Of a stretch of DNA of 64,000 bases, positions 17,613-27,798 are shown one piece after another. Location: positions 18,761 through 82,760 of the forward strand of contig CAJOMP010000004.1 of the NCBI GenBank assembly GCA_905235785.1, given 5' to 3'. The notes under the pieces are model-generated. The model did not search any database and was not told the origin of the DNA. It saw only the letters and a list, made by a program, of their open reading frames with translations. The position numbers and the translations under genes were made by a program. This DNA is from an uncultured Clostridia bacterium. Its GTDB lineage: Bacteria; Bacillota; Clostridia; Christensenellales; Borkfalkiaceae. Position 1 is the first letter of the stretch, and every line of letters starts with the position of its first letter.

Positions 17613-17640
17613 ACGAGTAAAAATTTTTTCGGAGGCATTT

Positions 17641-17925
17641 ATGACAGTTAAACCTTTATTCGACAAAGTGGTCGTAGAGAGTATCGAACAGGAAGAAAAG
17701 ACGGGAACGGGCTTTATACTTCCGTCCAAATCGCAGGAAAAACAAGAGATGGCAAAAGTCGTCGCGGTAGGCCCCGGGGGAATAGTAGACGGTAAAGAAA
17801 TCACCATGCAGGTAAAAGTGGGAGATACCGTTTTATATTCCAAATATTCGGGTTCGGAATTCAAAGTCGACGGTAAAAACCTGATAATTATTCGCCAAAG
17901 CGACATCTTGGCGATCGTTGAATAA
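17641..17925 (+). CDS. groES: Co-chaperonin GroES
   Basis: MTVKPLFDKVVVESIEQEEKTGTGFILP... ATG at 17641 with RBS ggagg is preferred over the upstream TTG inside CIRCE. Confidence 0.95.
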   Translation: MTVKPLFDKVVVESIEQEEKTGTGFILPSKSQEKQEMAKVVAVGPGGIVDGKEITMQVKVGDTVLYSKYSGSEFKVDGKNLIIIRQSDILAIVE

Positions 17926-17932
17926 TAAATAA

Positions 17933-19570
<1,638 letters not shown>

Positions 19571-19608
19571 TCTCTACTTTTTCAATGCTGAAAAAGTAGC
19601 AAAAAGGC

Positions 19609-19632
19609 GTGGGGAGTTGCGATTCTCCCCAC
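19609..19632 (+). terminator. Hairpin downstream of groEL
   Basis: gtggggag / ctccccac stem with no strong T-run. An AT-rich hairpin at 19574-19599 precedes it. Confidence 0.35.
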
Positions 19633-19668
19633 ACCCCTTGAAACGCTTTAAAAGGTGTGAAATTTATA

Positions 19669-19696
19669 CGCCCGCGAAGGCTTGCCTTCGCGGGCG
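19669..19696. terminator. GC-rich hairpin between groEL and the convergent XRE gene
   Basis: cgcccgcgaagg / ccttcgcgggcg forms a 12-bp perfect stem 7 nt beyond the XRE stop. Confidence 0.5.
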
Positions 19697-19702
19697 TTGA
19701 GT

Positions 19703-19900
19703 TTACATTAAAATATTGTTAAAATCTTCATTAAAAATTTCGCAAAGTTTTGCAAGATTTGCAAAACTCGGTTCGGCAATTTCTTTTTCCCAAGCACTTA
19801 TCGTTCGTTGGTTCACTTCTAAAAGTTCAGCGAGCGTTTTTTGGGACATTTTCGCTTCGTTTCTTAATTTTTTGAGATTTTGTGCAAAGTTTATTTTCAT
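19703..19900 (-). CDS. XRE-family helix-turn-helix transcriptional regulator (65 aa)
   Basis: NLKKLRNEAKMSQKTLAELLEVNQRTISAWEKE is a Cro/CI-type HTH. AT-rich, with no SD upstream of the ATG. Confidence 0.85.
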   Translation of the reverse strand: MKINFAQNLKKLRNEAKMSQKTLAELLEVNQRTISAWEKEIAEPSFANLAKLCEIFNEDFNNILM

Positions 19901-19908
19901 TTTATATA

Positions 19909-19957
19909 TTTTACTAAATTTTTTAGTAAAATAGTTGACTTACCAAAAAATTTGGTA
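19909..19957. promoter_or_regulatory. Two palindromic operator-like sites in the XRE upstream region
   Basis: ttttactaaa-ttt-tttagtaaaa (19909-19931) and taccaaa-aaa-tttggta (19941-19957). Confidence 0.45.
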
Positions 19958-19963
19958 TAAAAT
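19935..19963 (+). promoter_or_regulatory. Orphan sigma-A type promoter divergent from the XRE gene
   Basis: TTGACT-17 nt-TAAAAT, with the spacer filled by the taccaaaaaatttggta palindrome. No plus-strand ORF follows. Confidence 0.5.
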
Positions 19964-19985
19964 ATATTTTACAAATCCCGATTGT

Positions 19986-20006
19986 CGCCACGAAATTTTC
20001 GTGGCG
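19986..20006 (-). terminator. Hairpin after the tmcAL stop
   Basis: cgccacga / tcgtggcg stem flanked by direct cgattgt repeats. Confidence 0.4.
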
Positions 20007-20024
20007 GCGATTGTATAACTTTTA

Positions 20025-21197
20025 TTAAATTATCAGCATTTGATTTTCGTTGGTTTTTTCGTTCGTAGCGAGATTGTATATGTCGTTTGCAAGTACGTCG
20101 AGTTCGTAACTTTCAAGCGCCGTCTTTTTTAAGTCGACCGTATCGCTCTTTCTTGTTATTATCGGTATGCGGCTCTTTTCCGAAAGCAGAGAAATTATAT
20201 CTTTACTGTCGGCATTTACCGCGAGCACTTTGGCGTAAAGTCGGGAATTCAAACACTCGTTCGTAAATTCCTGGTTTATTCCCAAAAGATTTGCGATAAG
20301 TATCCGCCTTATACGCGCCGCGGTATAACGTTTTGTCGAGATTTTTTCTACTAACACGTCTATATTTTTGTTGTCTTTAACGAGCGCTTTTATTCTGTTT
20401 TCCAGCCCTTCGGTGCAATCGGGAATTGTCGCTAATTTCTCTTTCGACGCGGTGAGAAGCGCCGCCGTCGTTATTTTATCGAACGCAAACGGATAGGGTT
20501 TTAAATCATCGTAAACGTAGGGCGGAAGATTTTTTTTCAGTTTTTTCAGTTTCCCTTCGCGGATTTTTTGACGGATACTCGTGGCGCTCGTTATCCCTTT
20601 TTTAAGAATAACGCTGTTATGATCGCCTTCGCGCAACATAGGGTAGGTCTGTATGCCGCTGTTTCTTTTAAGTATCGCCTTTGTGTATTCCAGCCCCAAA
20701 ATGTTGTTGGGGAGCGATATAAGTTCTTCGGAAAGTTCTTCGCCTTTGAGTTCTTGTACGGTAAGGAATTTGGCTTTCGCGAGCGAGTAACCTTCTTCCA
20801 AGTGGTTTTTCAGCAATTTTTTAAATTCTTTCGTTTCGTTTAAAAGCGCGTCCGCCAAAGCGAAAAAGTCTTCTTTCAGTCCGCTTTCCACACCGAAACA
20901 CAGTCCGTCTATTGCGCCTAAATCGTCTAACAGATTGATAGCGCCCGTTGCGAAAGTTTCGGCGTTGGCGGTGGCGAATACCGTCGGCAATTCTATTACC
21001 GCGTCGGCGCCGGCGATTATCGCTTGTTTTGCGCGCGTAAACTTGTTTAATACTGCCGGTTCGCCGCGTTGGGTAAAGTTCCCGCTCATTAAAACTACTA
21101 TCCTGTCGGCGGAAAGTTCGTTTTTCATATAATCGATATGTTTTAAATGTCCGAGGTGAAAAGGATTGTATTCCGCAACGCAAGCGCAAATTTTCAT
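20025..21197 (-). CDS. tmcAL: tRNA(Met) cytidine acetate ligase (YlbM/UPF0348 nucleotidyltransferase)
   Basis: N-terminus MKICACVAEYNPFHLGHLKHI matches the TmcAL HxGH-type nucleotidyltransferase motif. 390 aa. Confidence 0.85.
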   Translation of the reverse strand: MKICACVAEYNPFHLGHLKHIDYMKNELSADRIVVLMSGNFTQRGEPAVLNKFTRAKQAIIAGADAVIELPTVFATANAETFATGAINLLDDLGAIDGLCFGVESGLKEDFFALADALLNETKEFKKLLKNHLEEGYSLAKAKFLTVQELKGEELSEELISLPNNILGLEYTKAILKRNSGIQTYPMLREGDHNSVILKKGITSATSIRQKIREGKLKKLKKNLPPYVYDDLKPYPFAFDKITTAALLTASKEKLATIPDCTEGLENRIKALVKDNKNIDVLVEKISTKRYTAARIRRILIANLLGINQEFTNECLNSRLYAKVLAVNADSKDIISLLSEKSRIPIITRKSDTVDLKKTALESYELDVLANDIYNLATNEKTNENQMLII

Positions 21198-21342
21198 AAA
21201 TATATCTCCGAAACAATTTACTTTTTCGTCCGAAAGTTGTAAAATGGATAAGGACGCGAAAATGTCTTTCGTTCTACACTATTGTACAACATTTTTCGCA
21301 AAATGTCCAAACGAATTTTAATATTTATAAGGAGCAAGTATT

Positions 21343-22377
21343 ATGGCGGATATTCTTTCGCAAATCAAAGAAAGGGCGAAAGCCAAAAACAAAAACATCG
21401 TTCTTACCGAAGGCGAAGATAAAAGGGTGGTCGCGGCGGCGGCTACCGTAGTTAAAGAAGGCTTTGCGCGCATTACTCTTCTCGGCAACAAAGAAGAGAT
21501 CGAAAAGGCTAACGCGGGCATTGATCTTACGGGGGTCAACGTCGTAGACCCCGCAACAAATGCTAAAACCGACGAATACGCCGCTCTTTTGTATAAATTA
21601 AGAGAAGGCAAAATCAACAAGAAAACAAATCTTCCCGAATATGCGGACGTGGAGCAGGCAAAAGCCGCTATACTTAAAGACTACGCTATGTACGGCGCGC
21701 TTATGCTTAAAGCGGGCGACGTTGACGGTATGGTTTCGGGCGCTTGCCACTCTACGGCAAACACTCTTCGCCCCGGTCTTCAAGTAATCAAAACCGCGGC
21801 GGGAATTAACACGGTGTCGAGTTCTTTCATTATGATAGCGCCCGCGCCGCATAAGTATAATCCCGACGGAGTCGCGGTTTTTGCCGATTGCGCTATAAAT
21901 ATAGAACCCGACGCGAACCAGATTGCGGATATAGCGATTTCTTCCGCGGATACTGCGAAAAATATCGCGGGTATTGAGCCGCGCGTCGCTATGCTGTCCT
22001 TTTCCACTAAAGGCAGCGGCAACGACGACAAATACTTTAAATCCGTACCCAAGATGCAGGAAGCGACGCGCATTGCAAAAGAAAACGCGCCCGATCTTAT
22101 TCTCGACGGAGAATTTCAGTTCGACGCGGCGACCGCGCCCGAAGTCGGCAAGTTAAAAGCGCCCGACTCGAAAGTTGCGGGCAACGCCAACGTCTTTATT
22201 TTCCCGAACATCAACGCGGGCAATATCGGCTATAAAATCGCGCAACGTTTCGGCGGCTATATGGCGCTCGGTCCTATCTGTCAGGGCTTTGCGAAACCCA
22301 TCAACGACCTTTCCCGCGGGTGCAACGCGGACGACGTTGTGGCGGTAGTCGCCATAACCGCGCTTCAAGCCGAATAA
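21343..22377 (+). CDS. pta: Phosphate acetyltransferase
   Basis: Pta catalytic-domain pattern (IVLTEGEDKRV..., SGACHSTANTLRPGLQ, DLSRGC). Followed by ackA. Confidence 0.93.
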   Translation: MADILSQIKERAKAKNKNIVLTEGEDKRVVAAAATVVKEGFARITLLGNKEEIEKANAGIDLTGVNVVDPATNAKTDEYAALLYKLREGKINKKTNLPEYADVEQAKAAILKDYAMYGALMLKAGDVDGMVSGACHSTANTLRPGLQVIKTAAGINTVSSSFIMIAPAPHKYNPDGVAVFADCAINIEPDANQIADIAISSADTAKNIAGIEPRVAMLSFSTKGSGNDDKYFKSVPKMQEATRIAKENAPDLILDGEFQFDAATAPEVGKLKAPDSKVAGNANVFIFPNINAGNIGYKIAQRFGGYMALGPICQGFAKPINDLSRGCNADDVVAVVAITALQAE

Positions 22378-22414
22378 TTAAATATTAAAAAAACGATAAG
22401 GAAAATATATATTT

Positions 22415-23608
22415 ATGAAAATTTTAGTCATTAACGCAGGCAGTTCTTCGCTCAAATATCAACTTATAGATATGGAAAACGAAAGCGTGGTCGTCAAAGG
22501 TCTTTGCGAAAGAATAACCTTTGCGGGCAGCGTGCTTTCGCAAAAAACCGCGGACGGCAGAGAAACTGTCATAAAACAGGATATGCCCACCCATAAAGAA
22601 GCGATGGAACTCGTGCTTAAAGCAATGCTCGACCCCGAAAAGGGCGCGATAAAGAGCGTAGACGAAATCGGCGCCGTGGGGCACAGGGTACTTCACTCGG
22701 GCGAAGATTTCAAACACTCGGTAGTGATAGACGACGAAGTTATTAAAATCTGCGAAAAGAACGCTGAATTAGGGCCGTTACATATGCCCGGCAATATCGC
22801 GTGTATCAAGAGTTGCAGGGAAGTTATGAAAGGCGTGCCTATGGTGGCGGTCTTCGATACGACTTTCCACTCCACTATGCCGCAAAAAGCATATATGTAC
22901 GGAATACCCTACGAAGTGTACGATAAGTACAAGATAAGAAAATACGGTTTTCACGGCACGTCGCATAAGTTCGTAAGCGAAGAAACGATAAAACTTTTAG
23001 GCAGAAAGGACGCGAAAATAATCGTTTGCCATCTCGGCAACGGGTCGTCGATTTCCGCAGTGAAAGACGGCAAGTGTCAGGATACGTCTATGGGCTTTAC
23101 TCCGCTCGAAGGCTTGGTTATGGGCACGCGTAGCGGCGATATCGACCCCGCGGCGGTAGATTATCTTCGCGTTAAGTTGAACCTTAAACCCGAAGAAGTC
23201 GTAAATTATCTCAATAAAAAGTGCGGTATGCTCGGCATAAGCGGATTTTCCAGCGATATGCGCGACTGTACCGAAGCGATGTTAAAGGGCGACGAACGCG
23301 CGAAACTCGCTATCGAAATGGTGGCGTACAGAGTTAAAAAGTACGTCGGAAGTTACATCGCGGTCTTGGGCGGCGTAGACGCTATCGTATTCACGGGCGG
23401 CATCGGCGAACACTCGTATAGAGTCCGCCAGATGGTTATGGAAGGTATGGAATACTGCGGCGCGAAGTTCGACGAGAAAAAGAACGAAGAATATTCTTCG
23501 GGCGTAGGATATCTGAATACCGACGATTCGAAGGTCAAGATAATCGTTCTTCCGACCAACGAAGAACTCTCTATCGCGCGCGAAACCAAGATTTTAACCG
23601 CGAAATAA
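22415..23608 (+). CDS. ackA: Acetate kinase
   Basis: MKILVINAGSSSLKYQL, HRVLHSG, GFHGTSH, FTGGIGE. Confidence 0.97.
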   Translation: MKILVINAGSSSLKYQLIDMENESVVVKGLCERITFAGSVLSQKTADGRETVIKQDMPTHKEAMELVLKAMLDPEKGAIKSVDEIGAVGHRVLHSGEDFKHSVVIDDEVIKICEKNAELGPLHMPGNIACIKSCREVMKGVPMVAVFDTTFHSTMPQKAYMYGIPYEVYDKYKIRKYGFHGTSHKFVSEETIKLLGRKDAKIIVCHLGNGSSISAVKDGKCQDTSMGFTPLEGLVMGTRSGDIDPAAVDYLRVKLNLKPEEVVNYLNKKCGMLGISGFSSDMRDCTEAMLKGDERAKLAIEMVAYRVKKYVGSYIAVLGGVDAIVFTGGIGEHSYRVRQMVMEGMEYCGAKFDEKKNEEYSSGVGYLNTDDSKVKIIVLPTNEELSIARETKILTAK

Positions 23609-23650
23609 TAAGGAAATACGTTGCGGATACGGAAATTTCATTTAAAATCG

Positions 23651-23679
23651 TTGACAATGGGGCGTAAATAGTTTATACT
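23651..23679 (+). promoter_or_regulatory. Sigma-A type promoter of yceD-rpmF
   Basis: TTGACA-17 nt-TATACT. Confidence 0.55.
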
Positions 23680-23724
23680 TTTTAGGCTTGATTTAAAAAA
23701 GCCTTGCGTAAGGAGATGCGCGTT

Positions 23725-24159
23725 ATGATTTTAGACCTTAATGCAATAAAGCGCGCGGGGAAAACGCAAACGTCTTTTTTCTTCGAGTATAACGCCGATA
23801 TCGATATTGCCTTGCCGGACGCGCAAGTGCTTTCGCCGATACAAGTACGGGGCGAAGCGTTTTTGACGGGAGAAAATAAAGCGGAAGTCGAAGGCGAAGT
23901 CTGTTTCACGATTTCCGGCGCGTGTACGCGGTGTCTTACTCCCACCGAAAAAGTTTTTACCGTCGGTTTTTCGGAAGCGTTCGGCGAAGAAGACGGTTAT
24001 CCGATAGTCAATGGCAAAATCGACCTTAAAAAAGCGGTCGAAGACATTATAATAATAAACACACCGGTTACGTTTTTATGCAGGGAAGATTGCAAAGGGC
24101 TGTGCCCCGAGTGCGGCGCGAACTTAAACGACGGCGGGTGTAAATGCAATAACAAATAG
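23725..24159 (+). CDS. yceD: YceD/DUF177 family protein (large-subunit rRNA accumulation)
   Basis: C-terminal Cys cluster CREDCKGLCPECGANLNDGGCKC and position upstream of rpmF. ATG at 23725, 9 nt after aaggag, was chosen. Confidence 0.85.
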   Translation: MILDLNAIKRAGKTQTSFFFEYNADIDIALPDAQVLSPIQVRGEAFLTGENKAEVEGEVCFTISGACTRCLTPTEKVFTVGFSEAFGEEDGYPIVNGKIDLKKAVEDIIIINTPVTFLCREDCKGLCPECGANLNDGGCKCNNK

Positions 24160-24173
24160 GATGGTAAAGAAAA

Positions 24174-24368
24174 ATGGCAGTACAGAAAAGTAAAACTTCT
24201 AAACAGAGAACCAACACGAGATATGCGCAGTGGAAAATTTCCGCTCCTAATCTTTCGGAATGCCCGCAATGCCACGAATTAAAGGCGTCGCATAAAGTTT
24301 GTCCTAAATGCGGTTATTACGACGGCAAACAGGTAGTAGACGTTTCCGCAAAAGAAAAGAAAGACTAA
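24174..24368 (+). CDS. rpmF: 50S ribosomal protein L32
   Basis: MAVQKSKTSKQRTNTR...CPQCHELKASHKVCPKCGYY. Confidence 0.95.
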   Translation: MAVQKSKTSKQRTNTRYAQWKISAPNLSECPQCHELKASHKVCPKCGYYDGKQVVDVSAKEKKD

Positions 24369-24398
24369 TTTAAAAGACGGATTTTAATTTAAAAATCA

Positions 24399-24435
24399 AA
24401 AGCCGTGCTTGCATTTTCTATGCAAGCACGGCTTT
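24399..24435. terminator. Bidirectional intrinsic terminator (rpmF / nagA)
   Basis: aaagccgtgcttgca / tgcaagcacggcttt forms a 15-bp stem with T-rich flanks on both strands. Confidence 0.85.
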
Positions 24436-24446
24436 ATGTTTAATTT

Positions 24447-25589
24447 TTACGATTTATATGCGACTTTTCCGTTTACAACGGTTGCGCATACGTTGAATTC
24501 GCCGTCTAAAACCGCAAAATCCGCAAAGTTTCCGACCTTTATTTCGCCGTAGCCTTTAAGTCCCAGATTGTTCGCGGGGTTTACCGTCGCAAAATCCACC
24601 GCGTCGGTAAAAGGCACGCCGCACTTTAAGACCATATTTTTAACAGCGTCGTTCATTTTAAGCACGCTGCCCGCCAAAGTGCCGTCCGTAAGTCGCGCTT
24701 CGCCGCCGTTTACGATTACCGTCTGCCCGCCGAGTTCCGAAACGCCGTCCGAAAGCGCTTTTGCGCGCATAGCGTCGGTAATTAAAATAATTTTGTTCTT
24801 CGGTTTGTTTTTGACAAGCAGTTTTACCGCCGGCGCGCTTACGTGAATAAGGTCGCATATTACTTCGGCATACAACTCGTCGAACAGCATAGCCGCGCCT
24901 ACCGTTCCTATTTGTCTGTGGTGCAACGGACGCATTGCGTTATACGTGTGCGTTATGCAGGAAAGCCCGTTTTTTATCGCTTCCGCAATCTGTTCCGCGC
25001 CCGCGTCGGTGTGTCCCGCGCTGACCGTCGCGCCATTATGTACGGCTGCCTTTATAAGTTCTGCCGCGCCACGCTCTTCGGGGGCAAGAGTTATAAGGCG
25101 GATATTGTTCCCGCTCGCCGCGGACAGTTCGTTGAAAAAATCCACGTCGGGGTCTTTTAAGTATTTAAGCGGTTGCGCGCCTATATGTTTTTCGGAAATA
25201 AACGGTCCTTCAAGGTGCGCGCCCAGAATTTTCGCGCCGCTTTGTTGTTCTTTCATACAAACGTCGACGTTTTTCAGCGCCCGTTTTATATTTTCGGGCG
25301 ACTGCGTCATAGTAGTCGCTAAAAACGCCGTGGTGCCTTCTTTAACGAGAGCGTCGGCAATGGTAAAAAGCGACTTTTTGTCGCCGTCCATAGCGTCCGC
25401 GCCCGCCGCGCCGTGAATATGTTCGTCGATAAATCCGGGGAGCACTGCTTGCCCTTCGCAGTAAGGTAGCGGATCGGTAATGTCGAGATTTTCACCGATA
25501 GCCGAAATTTTGCCGTTTTCAACCGAAATATCCGTCGTTATTAAGCCCTTATCTTTTACGTAGGCTTTAACGTTTTTAAAACCCGTCAT
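24447..25589 (-). CDS. nagA: N-acetylglucosamine-6-phosphate deacetylase
   Basis: GFIDEHIHGAAG, HLEGPF, SAGHTDA, THTYNAM. Start taken at MTGFKN (aaggag RBS) rather than the upstream ATG at 25619. Confidence 0.9.
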   Translation of the reverse strand: MTGFKNVKAYVKDKGLITTDISVENGKISAIGENLDITDPLPYCEGQAVLPGFIDEHIHGAAGADAMDGDKKSLFTIADALVKEGTTAFLATTMTQSPENIKRALKNVDVCMKEQQSGAKILGAHLEGPFISEKHIGAQPLKYLKDPDVDFFNELSAASGNNIRLITLAPEERGAAELIKAAVHNGATVSAGHTDAGAEQIAEAIKNGLSCITHTYNAMRPLHHRQIGTVGAAMLFDELYAEVICDLIHVSAPAVKLLVKNKPKNKIILITDAMRAKALSDGVSELGGQTVIVNGGEARLTDGTLAGSVLKMNDAVKNMVLKCGVPFTDAVDFATVNPANNLGLKGYGEIKVGNFADFAVLDGEFNVCATVVNGKVAYKS

Positions 25590-25651
25590 AACGTTCTCCT
25601 TACAAAACGATTTTAACATTAAAGCGCGCGTTTGTCAATCGGGGGGACGAA

Positions 25652-26029
25652 TTAAAACACATTTGCGAACGAAAACTCAAAAGATTTCGGAACTTGTTCT
25701 TCGAGTTCTTTTATTACTTCGATTTTTGAAAGAGCGTCGTCCCACATTTCTGCCGCGACGAGTTTGACCGTTTCCGCTATCCACAGGTCGAATTCCTTTA
25801 TTTCGTTATGCGATATAAAAGCGTTTAGTTTGTCTTTCGTCTCCACCCATTTTTTTTGCAGAACGTACACGTCGTTTTCGTTAGCCGTTTTGGCGTCTAC
25901 TTTGTCGTAAAGTGTGTCGGTTGCAACGGTGAATTCGCGGAATTCGCCGCGGATAAACGTCGTTTCGTATATTACGCCGCAGGTTAAAATTATCGCTACC
26001 GCTATCATTGATATTATCGATTTTACCAT
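25652..26029 (-). CDS. DUF4363 family membrane-anchored protein
   Basis: 125 aa with one N-terminal TM helix. Typical partner of DUF421 genes in spore formers. Confidence 0.7.
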   Translation of the reverse strand: MVKSIISMIAVAIILTCGVIYETTFIRGEFREFTVATDTLYDKVDAKTANENDVYVLQKKWVETKDKLNAFISHNEIKEFDLWIAETVKLVAAEMWDDALSKIEVIKELEEQVPKSFEFSFANVF

Positions 26030-26709
26030 TTTACACCTTCCTTTAACGGATAACGGGCTATAACGAATTTTTCGTTTTTCTTTTTAAAATACGCTCTGCC
26101 GTTTCCGTCTACTGTAAGGACTTCCGTCGTTTTCGGCGTCGCGCCGGAATCGATAATAAATCGTTTGACGTTTTCTTCTTCGTCCTGTAAGACTTTTATG
26201 TTTTTAACTTGAAGTTTGCCGTTGTCGACGATAAGGATGGGCATAGAAGAAGGCGCGTCGCGGCGTTCGGGATTTTCAAACGCCGATAACTTTCCGTTAG
26301 ATTCGAAAATGGCGTAATCTAAATCGTCGAGCGAAAAATATCCCTGAGACCGCATTGATTCTATCAGGTCGTCAAGCCCTAAATTGTTCTTTTTCAGTTC
26401 GTTCATATCCACGCCGTTTTTATTGATGACGACGGACGGCGTGCCGGAGAGTATCTTTTTCGGCAGATTGCCCGATTGTTCAATTACAGTAAACAGTTGG
26501 TGCAGTAAAAACAGCGCGAGTACCGCCGCGATACCGTAGATAAGCGGAATAGAAAGGTCTGCCATAGGTATGCACGCCAGGTCGGCTATAATAAGGGTTA
26601 TTATAAATTCAAACGGTTGCATTTCGCCTATCTGTCGTTTTCCCATAAGGCGCATTACGACAACAAGCACTAAAAATATTATAAGCGTTCTTACGAATAT
26701 AACGAGCAT
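26023..26709 (-). CDS. DUF421 (YetF-like) membrane protein
   Basis: MLVIFVRTLIIFLVLVVVMRLMGKRQIGEMQPFEF... is the usual DUF421 N-terminus. The internal Met at 26709 was chosen because the upstream ORF extension overlaps the folT promoter and riboswitch. Confidence 0.75.
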   Translation of the reverse strand: MLVIFVRTLIIFLVLVVVMRLMGKRQIGEMQPFEFIITLIIADLACIPMADLSIPLIYGIAAVLALFLLHQLFTVIEQSGNLPKKILSGTPSVVINKNGVDMNELKKNNLGLDDLIESMRSQGYFSLDDLDYAIFESNGKLSAFENPERRDAPSSMPILIVDNGKLQVKNIKVLQDEEENVKRFIIDSGATPKTTEVLTVDGNGRAYFKKKNEKFVIARYPLKEGVKW

Positions 26710-26764
26710 AAGCGTAGTATGGCGCAACGCGTAAAAAATATTCCGATAAACGGCGCGCGTTTGC

Positions 26765-26793
26765 TTGACAATTTTCGCGCCGACTTTTACAAT
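26765..26793 (+). promoter_or_regulatory. Sigma-A type promoter of the THF riboswitch and folT
   Basis: TTGACA-17 nt-TACAAT. Confidence 0.65.
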
Positions 26794-26800
26794 ATACGGT

Positions 26801-26895
26801 GTAGAGTAGAAAAGACGCGTTAAGTGTTGCAAAACGGGATGTTGTTTGCAAACGAAAGGCGGTAAAAGTCTGCGGTGTCTTTTCGCGTCCGCTAT
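26801..26895 (+). promoter_or_regulatory. THF (tetrahydrofolate, folT-motif) riboswitch
   Basis: GUAGAGUAG-aaaaga-CGCGUUAAGUG-uugcaaa-aCGGGAUG-uuguuugcaa-ACGAAAG...GCGGUG-ucuuuuc-GCGUCCGCUAU aligns block by block with the remembered E. siraeum THF aptamer. The stems covary: aaaaga/ucuuuu and uugcaaa/uuugcaa. Confidence 0.85.
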
Positions 26896-26978
26896 TATCA
26901 AGCGTTCGGGCGGCAAAACGCTTTTCGAAACGCAAAATTTTATCGGATCTCTCTAATAAAAAAACGGGAGATTTTTTT

Positions 26979-27722
26979 ATGTTCTGCAATCTGCTTATTA
27001 ACGCGTTCGATTTTTCGGAAATTTTCAAAACGATTCGCTCGAGATGGTATTATTACGTCGCTTTGGCGGTTTTCGTTATTTTGCTTTTTTCTTTCTTCTT
27101 TTTCAAAAAACAGCCGAGAAAAAACAATCTTACCAAAACGCAAAAGATCACATACGTCGCCGTTTTAACGGCTCTCGCCACAGTCGGCAACGTTTTCGAC
27201 ATAAAGGTCAGCGACGAATTTCAGATATCGCTCGTGGCAACGGTCGGATTTCTCGCCGGATATCTGTTAGGCGGCGGATACGGGTTTGCCGTGTGTTTTA
27301 CGGGTGATCTTATCGGCGCGATAGTAAACCCGCACGGTCCGTATAATCCTATCATAGGTATAGGAACGGGGTTTTGGGGGCTTATTCCGGGCATAGCGTT
27401 TTATTATTTCAAAGGCAACGACTACGTTAAAACGGCGATATCCTTCGCTTTGGGTTTTTTGCTCGTTTCCGCGGGCATAAACGTAGTGGGATTCTGTCTT
27501 ATGTATCCGACGTATTATACTTTCGAAATACTTTTGCCCACGCTTCCGCTTAAACTCGCCGTCGTCGCCGTGAATTGCGCGATATGTATGGCGCTCGTTT
27601 CGGTGTTGCCGCGCGTAATACAAAGCACCGCGCTGAAAAGATCGTCAAACGAAAGCGATAAAGGCGCCGAAGAAAAATCGGACGATAATAAGGCGGACGA
27701 TGCGGACGACGTCGTCGACTGA
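26979..27722 (+). CDS. folT: ECF transporter S component, folate family (FolT-like), with an extra N-terminal TM segment and an acidic tail
   Basis: Multi-TM protein with ECF-S-like helices (KITYVAVLTALATVGNV...). Located directly behind a THF riboswitch. RBS gggag. Confidence 0.7.
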   Translation: MFCNLLINAFDFSEIFKTIRSRWYYYVALAVFVILLFSFFFFKKQPRKNNLTKTQKITYVAVLTALATVGNVFDIKVSDEFQISLVATVGFLAGYLLGGGYGFAVCFTGDLIGAIVNPHGPYNPIIGIGTGFWGLIPGIAFYYFKGNDYVKTAISFALGFLLVSAGINVVGFCLMYPTYYTFEILLPTLPLKLAVVAVNCAICMALVSVLPRVIQSTALKRSSNESDKGAEEKSDDNKADDADDVVD

Positions 27723-27751
27723 TGTCTTTCTGCGAAAAACGATATCGTTAC

Positions 27752-27788
27752 CCGCGCGGCAAACTTTTCCGCGCGGGCGATTTTTTTA
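27752..27788 (+). terminator. Intrinsic terminator after folT
   Basis: cccgcgcgg / ccgcgcggg stem followed by T-run 27782-27788. Confidence 0.8.
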
Positions 27789-27798
27789 TCGGTCGGCT

